The position numbers were made by a program, and so were the translations under genes. From Gammaproteobacteria bacterium (lineage in GTDB: Bacteria > Desulfobacterota > Desulfobacteria > Desulfobacterales > C00003060), in contig JAIWEZ010000001.1 of assembly GCA_048631945.1 (NCBI GenBank), positions 1 through 25,344 of the forward strand: a stretch of DNA of 25,344 bases, in the 5' to 3' direction. Every line of letters starts with the position of its first letter. Positions within the stretch are counted from its first letter, which is position 1. This document shows, piece by piece, positions 1-9,399 of the stretch. A model generated the notes under the pieces. The model made no database searches and was not told the DNA's origin. It worked only from the letters and a program-made list of their open reading frames with translations.

Positions 1-1624
1 GGGTGGAATATATGATGTCTCCCAGTTTCCACACCCTGTTTGTGCCATCAATATCGATGGTCCGGCTCCGATAGCCGGTTTGGTCAGTGCCGCGCATCCA
101 GTTGATCAACTTTGCCGCTTCCGTGATATCCGGTACTCCCAGGTATCGCTGAAGGTCACTTTTGCTGCCGGCATCAAATGTTATATATTCATCGGTATCT
201 AAATAGGAACCACCACCTACGGCGCCATCATTATTTTTATCAATCCAGGTATAAATATCACGGGTGCTCGCTGTTCTTTCGGCAAGCATCTTGCCGCCCT
301 CCCATAAATATTCTATCTCATCTATCTCTATGAGTGTCGGCGAGCCATCCGCCTCTCCGTCGCCGTCAGAATCACTATCTCTATACGCCTTGGTGCGGCC
401 TGCGCTCGGGTCAAAGATAAGTGTTATTAGCTTGTCTGTCGACAAATCAAGCGTGAAATTCCCGTTAGTGTCTTCTCTCATATTTCCGTACTGATCTACA
501 AACAAGCTATGAAGTTTTCCTATCCACTCAATCTCGGTGCCGTTATCGTCTTCATAGGTCACATAAAACACCGCCTGATAGAGCGCACCTTCACCCCTTC
601 GGGCAGCAGATACGACTGAGGCCGCAGTTCCTGACGACGCACCGCCGAGAATTGCCTCAAAAGCCTGTCTGAGCTTAGTTTCCAGCTCGGAAATGTCCGT
701 CGCCTGATAGACCGAAACAACTGTTCCATCAGGATCGTCCACACCCCTTCCGTTGTCAGCAGCACTTTCTAATAGAATCTCAGGGCTGCACTCATTACCA
801 CTCCCGGTCGAACGCATGGAGCCTGCAACAACAATGTATGTGGTAATAGGCTGTTTGGGCTCGCCATTTACCAGTTCATTTCCTGCGGGGTAGATATTAG
901 TCCCTTGCTTGGCGTACCAGGTAAGATCGTCTAAAAGCGAACTGGCATGCAGAGTGGCACATGTAGGCTCTGTGTCCCCATCATTTTGGATATCGGTAAT
1001 AGTTTTTATTGCCGCAGCCTGGTCGGCGGTTGAAGCACCGTCTGTTATAATCAAAACATTGTTGGCTTGACACCACTCGGTGACCGGATCAGTTCCGATG
1101 GAGAAATCAAGCGGGTCCAGTCTGCGAGCGCTATTCTGTGTGTAATAGCCTATGGCGTTGTACATAGCCTCAGCTATGGGGGTCCATGCAAAGGCATCTA
1201 TATCGTTGATATCAGCGACTAAAGTGGCTGTAGCAGAACCGATGTCGGATGTAACTTGCGCGCCGTCGCGATTCGACGCATCAGTACACTTATACAGGAC
1301 GTAAGGATCAGGTTGAGTGCACTCGCTCTTGGAGCCTTCATCATTAAAGCTCATGACACCCATGTATGCTTCACCGGCATATTCCTGAATAATCCCTGTG
1401 GGGGCTGTAGTTTGCTCCACATAGCCCTTGATCACCACCAGGGGGTCGCCTATCTGGGCAACAACCCCTGAGTCGATGAGCACGGCAGGGATGTTCCAGA
1501 ACGTGCCGGTTGCACTCGCCTGGTCGGTTGGATCAACGACTTCGGGAATTTCAAGAAGACCGCAATAGTCTTGTAGGGCCGTCTCGATGCACGTATCAAT
1601 ATCAGCATATCCAGCAGCATCCCA
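1..1624 (-). pseudogene. pilY1: PilY1/PilC pilus-tip adhesin, C-terminal part (5'-disrupted by a frameshift, truncated by the window edge)
   Basis: Manual translation: this frame has no stop from 1723 to the window edge. It reads WDAAGYADIDTCIETALQDYC...WTPIAEAMYNAIGYY...WCQANNVLIITDGAST...SSGTAASVVS...WIGKL...DSDSDGDGEADG...LINWMRG...WKLGDIIYST, i.e. PilY1-type vWA, DxDxDG and LGDIxxS motifs. It is absent from the ORF track because it has no stop in the window. Confidence 0.9.
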
Positions 1625-3128
1625 CCCCGGTACCAGTACCGGACCATTCCCACTTTTGACAACATTCAGGATCAGGTGCCACAAAAGGCTTACAAGCATT
1701 CGGATTCTTCCATTGCGTACATATCATTGAGCCTGCGCCCGGCGACCAACAACGGCCGACATAACCGGCCGGGGGGTCATCAGGGCTGGCAGTATTGACG
1801 TCCCACGCCCCAAAGCATACATAGCCTTGACTGTCGGTCGTAATGTCCCACGGATTTATAGGGGGCGCGGCCGTATAGAGGGCCTCGCAAGCGGGCTTTA
1901 CAGCCTGAACCGGTCCGGCGCCGGGCGGCCAGCTGCCTTGTTTTGACGCATACCAGCAGTTGTGAATAGCATGGTTGAACGCCGCCATGTAGTTGGATAC
2001 ATCTCCTTGATTTACTCCTTCAGTATACCCCATACAATCGTCGATATGAACCTTTAGCTGGCCTAGGTTAAGAGTGGTAACCCCTGTCAACATGTCAATG
2101 GCGTCTTGACACCCGGTGTTATCAAACCCGGTCGATGTGACCGGAAATATTTCAATATAGGTAACATTGTAGTCATCCCAATCCGTTATGCCTGTATCAT
2201 CGGCAACTCCGGTGCAAGTGCCGCAGGTGGTACCCCCACCGGCCGTTATATACATCTCTCCGTTATCACTCACAATACTGTTGGCCGGATACCATGCGCC
2301 GGCCGTCCATCGGGTGAGAGTGTATGCCACCCAGGTGACACCCGTGTCATCGGCAACGCCGGTCCCGCTTGATGTGCCGCTGGTGGTCGCGATATAAAGG
2401 TCTGCCATGTCGGTTACGATATCCCCTATTACATAGGCTGTCGCATTTTCCCAGGGTGGAAAAGTCTCTTCCTTTGGCCCTCCTATGCCCAGGGTCAGGT
2501 ATAAGGTGTTGGAATCCGCATCCAATACCGCTATTTTTTTGATAAAACGCCTGTCAAGACAGCCCCTTGATTCCATGACAAGCCGGTCGTTTGGTGCTCC
2601 ATAAGTGCCGGTTGTTTCAAGTTTGCCGCCGGTTAGGATCTTTTTTTCGATGTCAAATTTTGAAGCCATTGCCCAGTTGATAAAATTTCCCTTTGCAACA
2701 AATGCAGTCACAACATTTGGGGTGACGGTCTTGTCTACGGCGATACCGACGTCGCGGTCGGTGGTGCTATTGACGTATTTCGTGCCCGTAGCCCCGGCCA
2801 ATAAGGTTGTTGCAAGAGCCTCGGTTGTAGCTTCAAATTGCATGTCCGTCTCATCATACTTATAATAGGTTCCCGGTTCGCAATAGCCGGAATAGGTATT
2901 TGTCGGGACGTAGCTGTCGTCGTAACAATTCTCCTGATTGTCAATATAGGCCAGGTCATACATGCTGGCAGAGTTGTCAATAAGGAGAAGCAAATTCGGG
3001 GTCACAGAGGCGGTCAGAAATGGCGGGAGACTGTGGTAGTCACCCATGATGGCAACACCCAGTGCCCCGGAAGCCATTGATACAATTAGAAGCAATGAAA
3101 ATGTTAGGCTATATGCAAGCTTTTTCAT
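1602..3128 (-). CDS. pilY1: PilY1/PilC pilus-tip adhesin, N-terminal part (508 aa as sequenced; ends in 7 out-of-frame residues)
   Basis: Sec-type signal peptide, PNLLLLIDNSASM (MIDAS DxSxS), AGGAGG RBS, last gene of the fimT-pilV-pilW-pilX operon; continues in another frame after G501. Confidence 0.85.
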   Translation of the reverse strand: MKKLAYSLTFSLLLIVSMASGALGVAIMGDYHSLPPFLTASVTPNLLLLIDNSASMYDLAYIDNQENCYDDSYVPTNTYSGYCEPGTYYKYDETDMQFEATTEALATTLLAGATGTKYVNSTTDRDVGIAVDKTVTPNVVTAFVAKGNFINWAMASKFDIEKKILTGGKLETTGTYGAPNDRLVMESRGCLDRRFIKKIAVLDADSNTLYLTLGIGGPKEETFPPWENATAYVIGDIVTDMADLYIATTSGTSSGTGVADDTGVTWVAYTLTRWTAGAWYPANSIVSDNGEMYITAGGGTTCGTCTGVADDTGITDWDDYNVTYIEIFPVTSTGFDNTGCQDAIDMLTGVTTLNLGQLKVHIDDCMGYTEGVNQGDVSNYMAAFNHAIHNCWYASKQGSWPPGAGPVQAVKPACEALYTAAPPINPWDITTDSQGYVCFGAWDVNTASPDDPPAGYVGRCWSPGAGSMICTQWKNPNACKPFVAPDPECCQKWEWSGTGTGVGCCWIC

Positions 3129-3166
3129 AGTTAACCTCCTGATTTCCGAGGTGTCGTTCTGAGTAC

Positions 3167-3706
3167 TTATTGCGGTATAAGTCTGTATTCGACCACCACT
3201 CGAGAAGTGGCACCGGCAGGTCCATAACCGATGCTGTCTATCGCATAAAAAACTTGTACTGAACTCGACGTTCCCGCCCCTTCATAACCAGAGCCGAATT
3301 CTGCCGCAGCGCCGGGAAGGGGAGCTGTGCCGAGCTTATCAACATCGGCACTGGCTAATAGCGTGCCCGTCATCTTCACATCAGGGCTGTTGTCAGATAC
3401 GCTATCAGGATCATTAAGCGCCTCCGATATGAAGTCACCATCATTTATTTTAATATCGGCATTCCCTTCGAAGCTATCACCGTCGGTGTACTCAGTACCC
3501 CAAGCAGAAGATTGCAGGGCCATGGCGGCTATGACTCGGCCGTCTTCGGCCGCGCAAAAGGCGCTCTTTGCCATCCTTTCATTCCGCGCGATATTCAGCT
3601 CAATCGATGACATCATGGTGATGGCTGTGCCGATTACCGTTAAAACCCCCATGACAATAAGGGAAACAACCAGAACTGCCCCTTTTTCATTGTTGATCGG
3701 TTTCAT
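3167..3706 (-). CDS. pilX: Type IV pilus minor pilin PilX-like
   Basis: NEKG|AVLVVSLIVMGVLTVIG class III signal peptide without Glu5, typical of PilX; position between pilW and pilY1. Confidence 0.85.
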   Translation of the reverse strand: MKPINNEKGAVLVVSLIVMGVLTVIGTAITMMSSIELNIARNERMAKSAFCAAEDGRVIAAMALQSSAWGTEYTDGDSFEGNADIKINDGDFISEALNDPDSVSDNSPDVKMTGTLLASADVDKLGTAPLPGAAAEFGSGYEGAGTSSSVQVFYAIDSIGYGPAGATSRVVVEYRLIPQ

Positions 3707-3716
3707 GGATTCCCTC

Positions 3717-4325
3717 CTATTCTATGTCTTGAAAACCCATGTTGCGAATTCGGACCGCGTTAATCAAGTTTCTATACCGGTACTGCCCTGTGTCTGGGCC
3801 CCTATTTTCCGTCCGGACACCAAACCCAATGATGACTGCTCTTAGATCTTCCCTTTGGGCTGCGGTTAATGGGGACGTAGGCGGGTCCAGCATAGTGCCG
3901 TCCACCAACACATATCCGAACTCAAGATTGCTTACGAAGTCGACTATACGAACTCCATTTCTGGTAAGTTGATTCGAAGCGTTCAGCGCATAAGTAACAT
4001 CCTCGTTTGGATCATCTGGATTTCCATCTTCAATGGTGACGTCTGAAAGGATCCGAATCGAATCCTCCGTGGCGCTCTCTACGGCGTTGAAATCGCCATC
4101 TTCAGGATTATAGCCGGCATTTCTTATCTCACGTACCATCAGGTCCATGGCCGCCCTTACATTTTGCTGGGCATAGGCTACTTCCTGCTGAACGGCATTG
4201 GTCCGGTTTTGGCTGACAAGGGTCTTAAGGACGGCCCCTAAAAGCACCAGGCCCACTGCCATTGCTACCAGTAGCTCTACTAAAGTGAACCCCCGATTCG
4301 TTTTATGTAAGCATAAAGGTATCAC
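3717..4325 (-). CDS. pilW: Type IV pilus minor pilin PilW-like
   Basis: NRG|FTLVELLVAMAV prepilin motif followed by QQEVAYAQQNVRAAMDLMVREIRNAGY; operon position. Confidence 0.85.
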   Translation of the reverse strand: MIPLCLHKTNRGFTLVELLVAMAVGLVLLGAVLKTLVSQNRTNAVQQEVAYAQQNVRAAMDLMVREIRNAGYNPEDGDFNAVESATEDSIRILSDVTIEDGNPDDPNEDVTYALNASNQLTRNGVRIVDFVSNLEFGYVLVDGTMLDPPTSPLTAAQREDLRAVIIGFGVRTENRGPDTGQYRYRNLINAVRIRNMGFQDIE

Positions 4326-4340
4326 TTTGCACCTTCCCCA

Positions 4341-4748
4341 TTAATGGCTGTCAAATGTAATAATATTATTTTGGATTACATCGTGTTGTCCCATAATATC
4401 TTTCCAGGTCACTGTAACAGTTATTGTTTGAGCATTGGGCACAGGCGTATCATCCTGAAACCGCCAGCTTCTGTAAAAGTTACCGGCTCCGGTTTCTGTT
4501 GAATTGATGGGATTTTCCGGGTCGTTGGTTGTACCCTCCGCAAATGTCTCAGTTCTACTCCTATGGATGTACTCTTCCATCTTGATCTGGGCCAGGTTAA
4601 GCGCCTGTGTTGTGCGGTTTGCCAGATCATTGGCACGTATACCCCTGGATTGCAGTGTGGCCAGGGCCATCATTGCTACGCTAAGAATACACATGGCAAG
4701 TAGCACCTCAAGGAGACTGAAGCCCCTCCTGTCTTTCACCGGATTCAT
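4341..4748 (-). CDS. pilV: Type IV pilus minor pilin PilV-like
   Basis: RRG|FSLLEVLLAM prepilin motif. Start moved from 4787 to the ATG at 4748, which follows a GAGGTG RBS and removes the overlap with fimT. Confidence 0.85.
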   Translation of the reverse strand: MNPVKDRRGFSLLEVLLAMCILSVAMMALATLQSRGIRANDLANRTTQALNLAQIKMEEYIHRSRTETFAEGTTNDPENPINSTETGAGNFYRSWRFQDDTPVPNAQTITVTVTWKDIMGQHDVIQNNIITFDSH

Positions 4749-4773
4749 TTGGCGCACCTCATAATTTGACAGA

Positions 4774-5295
4774 CTAATACTTTGCAAGCCGCACCCCCCC
4801 CATTATATTGACATCTATTCTTCGGCCTTTGCCCTTATTATTTATCAGATAAACTTCGCCATCTAGGGTTGCCAGCCCCTTGGCCGTCATTGAAAAAGAG
4901 TTATTCGCAAAGTTAATTCCATCTCCGCCACCTTGTGAAGTGTCAAATTGAACCTTTGGATACTCCCTTGAAAGGTCAACGGTTTTTAAAACTTCATCGC
5001 CGGCATCGTATTTAGAATTTTTGTTGTTATCTCTAAAAATAGTATAGCCGGGGCCTGCAAAAAAAAACAGGCCACACCGGGTATTGTCACTGACCGCTCG
5101 TAGCCTGGTCAACTGGACATCAGAGTAAAGCTGCCGTGCAGCGCCGTTCAAGCTAACCGTGGGCTTGATGCTAAAGTGGTAGGTCGGGATTGCAATGATC
5201 AGCGAGACCGCCATGATTGCAATAACGACCATCAGTTCCACAAGTGTGAAACCGCTATTGGCCTTGATAAGTCGTGATTCAAAAAAAGATCTCAT
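4774..5295 (-). CDS. fimT: FimT/FimU (GspH-like) minor pilin
   Basis: NSG|FTLVELMVVIAI prepilin motif, AARQLYSDVQLTRLRAV helix, C-terminal V...GGVR strand; first gene of the operon. Confidence 0.8.
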   Translation of the reverse strand: MRSFFESRLIKANSGFTLVELMVVIAIMAVSLIIAIPTYHFSIKPTVSLNGAARQLYSDVQLTRLRAVSDNTRCGLFFFAGPGYTIFRDNNKNSKYDAGDEVLKTVDLSREYPKVQFDTSQGGGDGINFANNSFSMTAKGLATLDGEVYLINNKGKGRRIDVNIMGGVRLAKY

Positions 5296-5310
5296 GATGC
5301 CGGAATTTAC

Positions 5311-5326
5311 AGCAAGCTTCGTGCCA
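5311..5326 (-). promoter_or_regulatory. sigma54 (RpoN) -24/-12 promoter of the minor-pilin operon
   Basis: Minus strand reads TGGCACGAAGCTTGCT, an exact match to TGGCACG-N4-TTGCW, 15 nt upstream of the fimT ATG. Confidence 0.85.
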
Positions 5327-5370
5327 TAGATCCAACGTGGAGGATGTTTCTCGGGAATTGTGCAAGAATT

Positions 5371-5515
5371 TTGATGGTTCGTAAAAAGTCGGATTCAGTC
5401 AACGTGTCATTTCGACCAAAGGTAGAAATCTAATGTTTTCAGCATGCTACACCGGAAAAGATTTCTCGCTTTGCTCGAAATGACAGGTAGTTGAGACTTT
5501 TTACGAGTTTGTAAA
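5371..5515. repeat. Palindromic intergenic element A1 (shell TTGAY-N4-TCGTAAAAAGTC with GTCATTTCGA/AGAAATCT cargo)
   Basis: Perfect 12-bp inverted repeat TCGTAAAAAGTC 5379-5390 / GACTTTTTACGA 5495-5506; inner IRs TGTCATTTCGA 5405-5415 / 5475-5485 and AGAAATCT 5424-5431 / 5459-5466; aligns with 20228-20477. Confidence 0.9.
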
Positions 5516-5636
5516 TATTAGGGGCGTACATGCTGACAATGAACAGCAGCCCGGAGCTGTCAGCTATTAATTAACTTTATAACTATTAAAATATTTTATA
5601 GTAAAATCGCTTCAGTCTATTTCCGTTACGAAACCA

Positions 5637-7145
5637 TCACCTATGGCTGGGCGGCAATCCGAGCTTTTCTGCTATCGCCTCTGCGGTCCGTTGGACAAAA
5701 CGCTCAAAGTCCTTCCCTTCAATGGGCTTTTCGGCAGTAGGGACCACGTCCAGGTCTTTAGGGCGTACCAGCCGGGGGACGTTTTGGAGGGACTTCTTGG
5801 GGGTAATCTCGAATTCCGGAGGGAAGCGGTTTTCAAAATACATGGCCTGAAAATCGGCAAATTTCAGGGCGTGAGCCGTGGCAGCGAGCACAACCACATC
5901 ATCTTCGCTCACAATGCCACGTTTTTTCGCCTCCGCAAGCCCGGCTAAGGTCTCCCCGCCCTGGGTACAGGCAATGTGGCCATTGCGGTTGGCCGTAAGC
6001 TGCCAGTCCATGATCGCTTGTTCCTCAACTTCTGTAAAGAATACTGCCTGGTTCCCTGCCATCTCATTATAGGCTTCCACCAGGTGAATCACGCGGGGCA
6101 CGGAGACCGGATTTCCGATCATGGCGGCCTGGGCCACGCTGGGACGGACTTTAACAGGTATAAACATTCTTTTTCCAGGCTTGGGTTCCAAATAATACCT
6201 GTATACGGGATTTGCATGGGTTGATTGCACGCCGATGATCTTTGGAAGCCGGTCTATGATTCCGGCCTCAAAAAATTTCATGAAGCCGCTGATGATCGCT
6301 GTGATATTTCCGGCGTTTCCAATCGGCACTACGACCACCTTGTGGTCCATGTCGTAGTCAAAATCCTGGGCAATTTCATAAGAATACGATTCCTGGCCCC
6401 ATATGCGCCAGGCGTTCTTGGAGTTTAAAAGCGCTACGTTATATTGTTCAGAGAGGGCTTCTACCACCTTCATGCAGTCGTCAAAGACGCCCGGGATCTC
6501 AAAGACCACCGCGCCGCTTCCAAGGGGTTGGGCCAGTTGCTGGGGTGTAACCTTTTTGTGGGGAAGGAGGACGGCCGATTTTACGGCGGGCTGAAGATAG
6601 GCTGCATAGAGGGCGGCAGAGGCAGAGGTGTCGCCTGTCGAGGCACACACGGCCAGCACATCAGAGAGCTCCCCCGAGTTGACCAGAAAGTTAATATAGC
6701 TTAGAGCGCTCGCCATGCCCCGATCCTTAAAAGAGGCGCTCGGGTTCTGGCCTTCGTTCTTGATATAGAATCGGGCACCTACGAGCTGTTGCATGTGTTG
6801 GTTGGCTTCAACCATGGGGGTGTGTCCTTCACCAAGGTAGATGACCGCATCAAGTGGCATCATCGGCCCGACAAACTCGTGGTAGCGATAAACCCCCTGG
6901 AGCGCCGGGATATTTAGCATCTTTCGATAATCAAAGATCTGGCGCCAGGTATCTCCCGGGGTCTTCTTCAGGCGGTCAAAGGCAAGGTCTGTCAGAAGGA
7001 GCACGCTGTGGCACGCAGGACACGTATAGAGGAGGCGACTGATGTCGTGTTCTGCCTCACAGCCGATGCACCGGTAGATAACTTCGCCAGCTGGTTTTGG
7101 GATGAGATAGGGCTGGATATGGCTTGGAAAGTCGTTGATTTTCAT
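5637..7145 (-). CDS. thrC: Threonine synthase
   Basis: NPSASFKDRGM PLP-lysine motif, CASTGDTSA, VPIGNAGN; N-terminal CxxC..CxxC ribbon. Confidence 0.92.
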   Translation of the reverse strand: MKINDFPSHIQPYLIPKPAGEVIYRCIGCEAEHDISRLLYTCPACHSVLLLTDLAFDRLKKTPGDTWRQIFDYRKMLNIPALQGVYRYHEFVGPMMPLDAVIYLGEGHTPMVEANQHMQQLVGARFYIKNEGQNPSASFKDRGMASALSYINFLVNSGELSDVLAVCASTGDTSASAALYAAYLQPAVKSAVLLPHKKVTPQQLAQPLGSGAVVFEIPGVFDDCMKVVEALSEQYNVALLNSKNAWRIWGQESYSYEIAQDFDYDMDHKVVVVPIGNAGNITAIISGFMKFFEAGIIDRLPKIIGVQSTHANPVYRYYLEPKPGKRMFIPVKVRPSVAQAAMIGNPVSVPRVIHLVEAYNEMAGNQAVFFTEVEEQAIMDWQLTANRNGHIACTQGGETLAGLAEAKKRGIVSEDDVVVLAATAHALKFADFQAMYFENRFPPEFEITPKKSLQNVPRLVRPKDLDVVPTAEKPIEGKDFERFVQRTAEAIAEKLGLPPSHR

Positions 7146-7195
7146 GATAGTGATCCGTACAGAACATTTATCATTTAAATATCAAATATCGTAGG

Positions 7196-7295
7196 CGTTC
7201 ACAGGTTCAGAGTTCACCGTTTCAGGGTTACAACCTCTGAACCTCTGAACCCGTGAACGGTAATAACCACTGACCATTGACTAATGACCACTGAC
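7196..7295. repeat. Octamer inverted array plus heptamer tandem array in the serS-thrC spacer
   Basis: CGTTCAC(AGGTTCAG...) 7196 facing CCTCTGAA CCTCTGAA CCCGTGAACG ending 7259; then ACCACTG ACCATTG ACTAATG ACCACTG 7266-7293. Confidence 0.75.
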
Positions 7296-7298
7296 GAT

Positions 7299-8660
<1,362 letters not shown>

Positions 8661-8724
8661 TTAATAATTTATGACAATCCGAGCCTACCATGGAGCCAAC
8701 TATTTAGTCAATGATTATTATTAC

Positions 8725-8753
8725 TTGACTTTATTCGGAATTTTTGCTATGAA
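8725..8753 (+). promoter_or_regulatory. Putative sigma70 promoter of the cyclo-ligase gene
   Basis: TTGACT-N17-TATGAA with TG at the extended -10 position, 34 nt before the ATG at 8788. Confidence 0.45.
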
Positions 8754-8787
8754 GAAAATGAGTGTATTTACCGGAGCGAGATGTTTG

Positions 8788-9375
8788 ATGGAAGACGTAA
8801 AAGCAAGAAAATCTCAAATTAGACGAAGCGCCTTTGTCCGGCGTGATGCCCTATCCAAAGATGAACGCTCTAAAAAGAGTACGGCTATTATGGAGCGATT
8901 ATTTGACTTCGCTAATTTTCTGGAAGCCAGGATTGTCCTGTTTTACATGAGCTACGGTAGCGAAGTGGATACCGAGCCCATGGTCCGGAAGGCCTTGGAG
9001 CTTGAGAAGATTGTTGCCTTGCCTCTGGTTGACGCTAAACAAAGGGAAATCGTTCCTTTCAAGATTGATAACCTTGATAGCGATATACGTCCAGGCTATC
9101 GGGGAATCCGCGAGCCAATCCCGGAGCAGTGTAAGCAGATTCCAATAGAATATGTTAACCTGGCAATAATCCCAGGCGTAGCCTTTGACGAACGTGGAGG
9201 ACGTATAGGACATGGCATGGGCGTATATGACCGATTCATTCCAAAGCTCGATATCACAACAAGAAAAGTAGCCCTTGCCTTTGAGTGCCAGATAGTGCCC
9301 CAAATTCCCATGGAGCCTCACGACCGTTACACCGACATCATCATCACTGAAAAGCGCATCATCTATAAAATTTGA
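8788..9375 (+). CDS. ygfA: 5-formyltetrahydrofolate cyclo-ligase
   Basis: LFYMSYGSEVDT, IIPGVAFDERGGRIGHGMGVYDRF, D.IITE. Start reassigned from 8671 to 8788 (MEDVKARK). Confidence 0.9.
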   Translation: MEDVKARKSQIRRSAFVRRDALSKDERSKKSTAIMERLFDFANFLEARIVLFYMSYGSEVDTEPMVRKALELEKIVALPLVDAKQREIVPFKIDNLDSDIRPGYRGIREPIPEQCKQIPIEYVNLAIIPGVAFDERGGRIGHGMGVYDRFIPKLDITTRKVALAFECQIVPQIPMEPHDRYTDIIITEKRIIYKI

Positions 9376-9399
9376 CGTGTTATAAGAGTTTAGCTTTTT

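Noticed and set aside
1602-1723. Programmed ribosomal frameshift in pilY1
   Set aside because: No canonical X XXY YYZ slippery heptamer or recognisable +1 signal in the overlap; a one-base indel is the simpler explanation.
5532-5564. GCTGACA/TGTCAGC inverted repeat as thrC terminator
   Set aside because: Long loop and no U-tract on the minus strand; insufficient support.
6990-7080. Zinc ribbon on ThrC as a novelty
   Set aside because: N-terminal CxxC..CxxC ribbons are common in this threonine synthase class.
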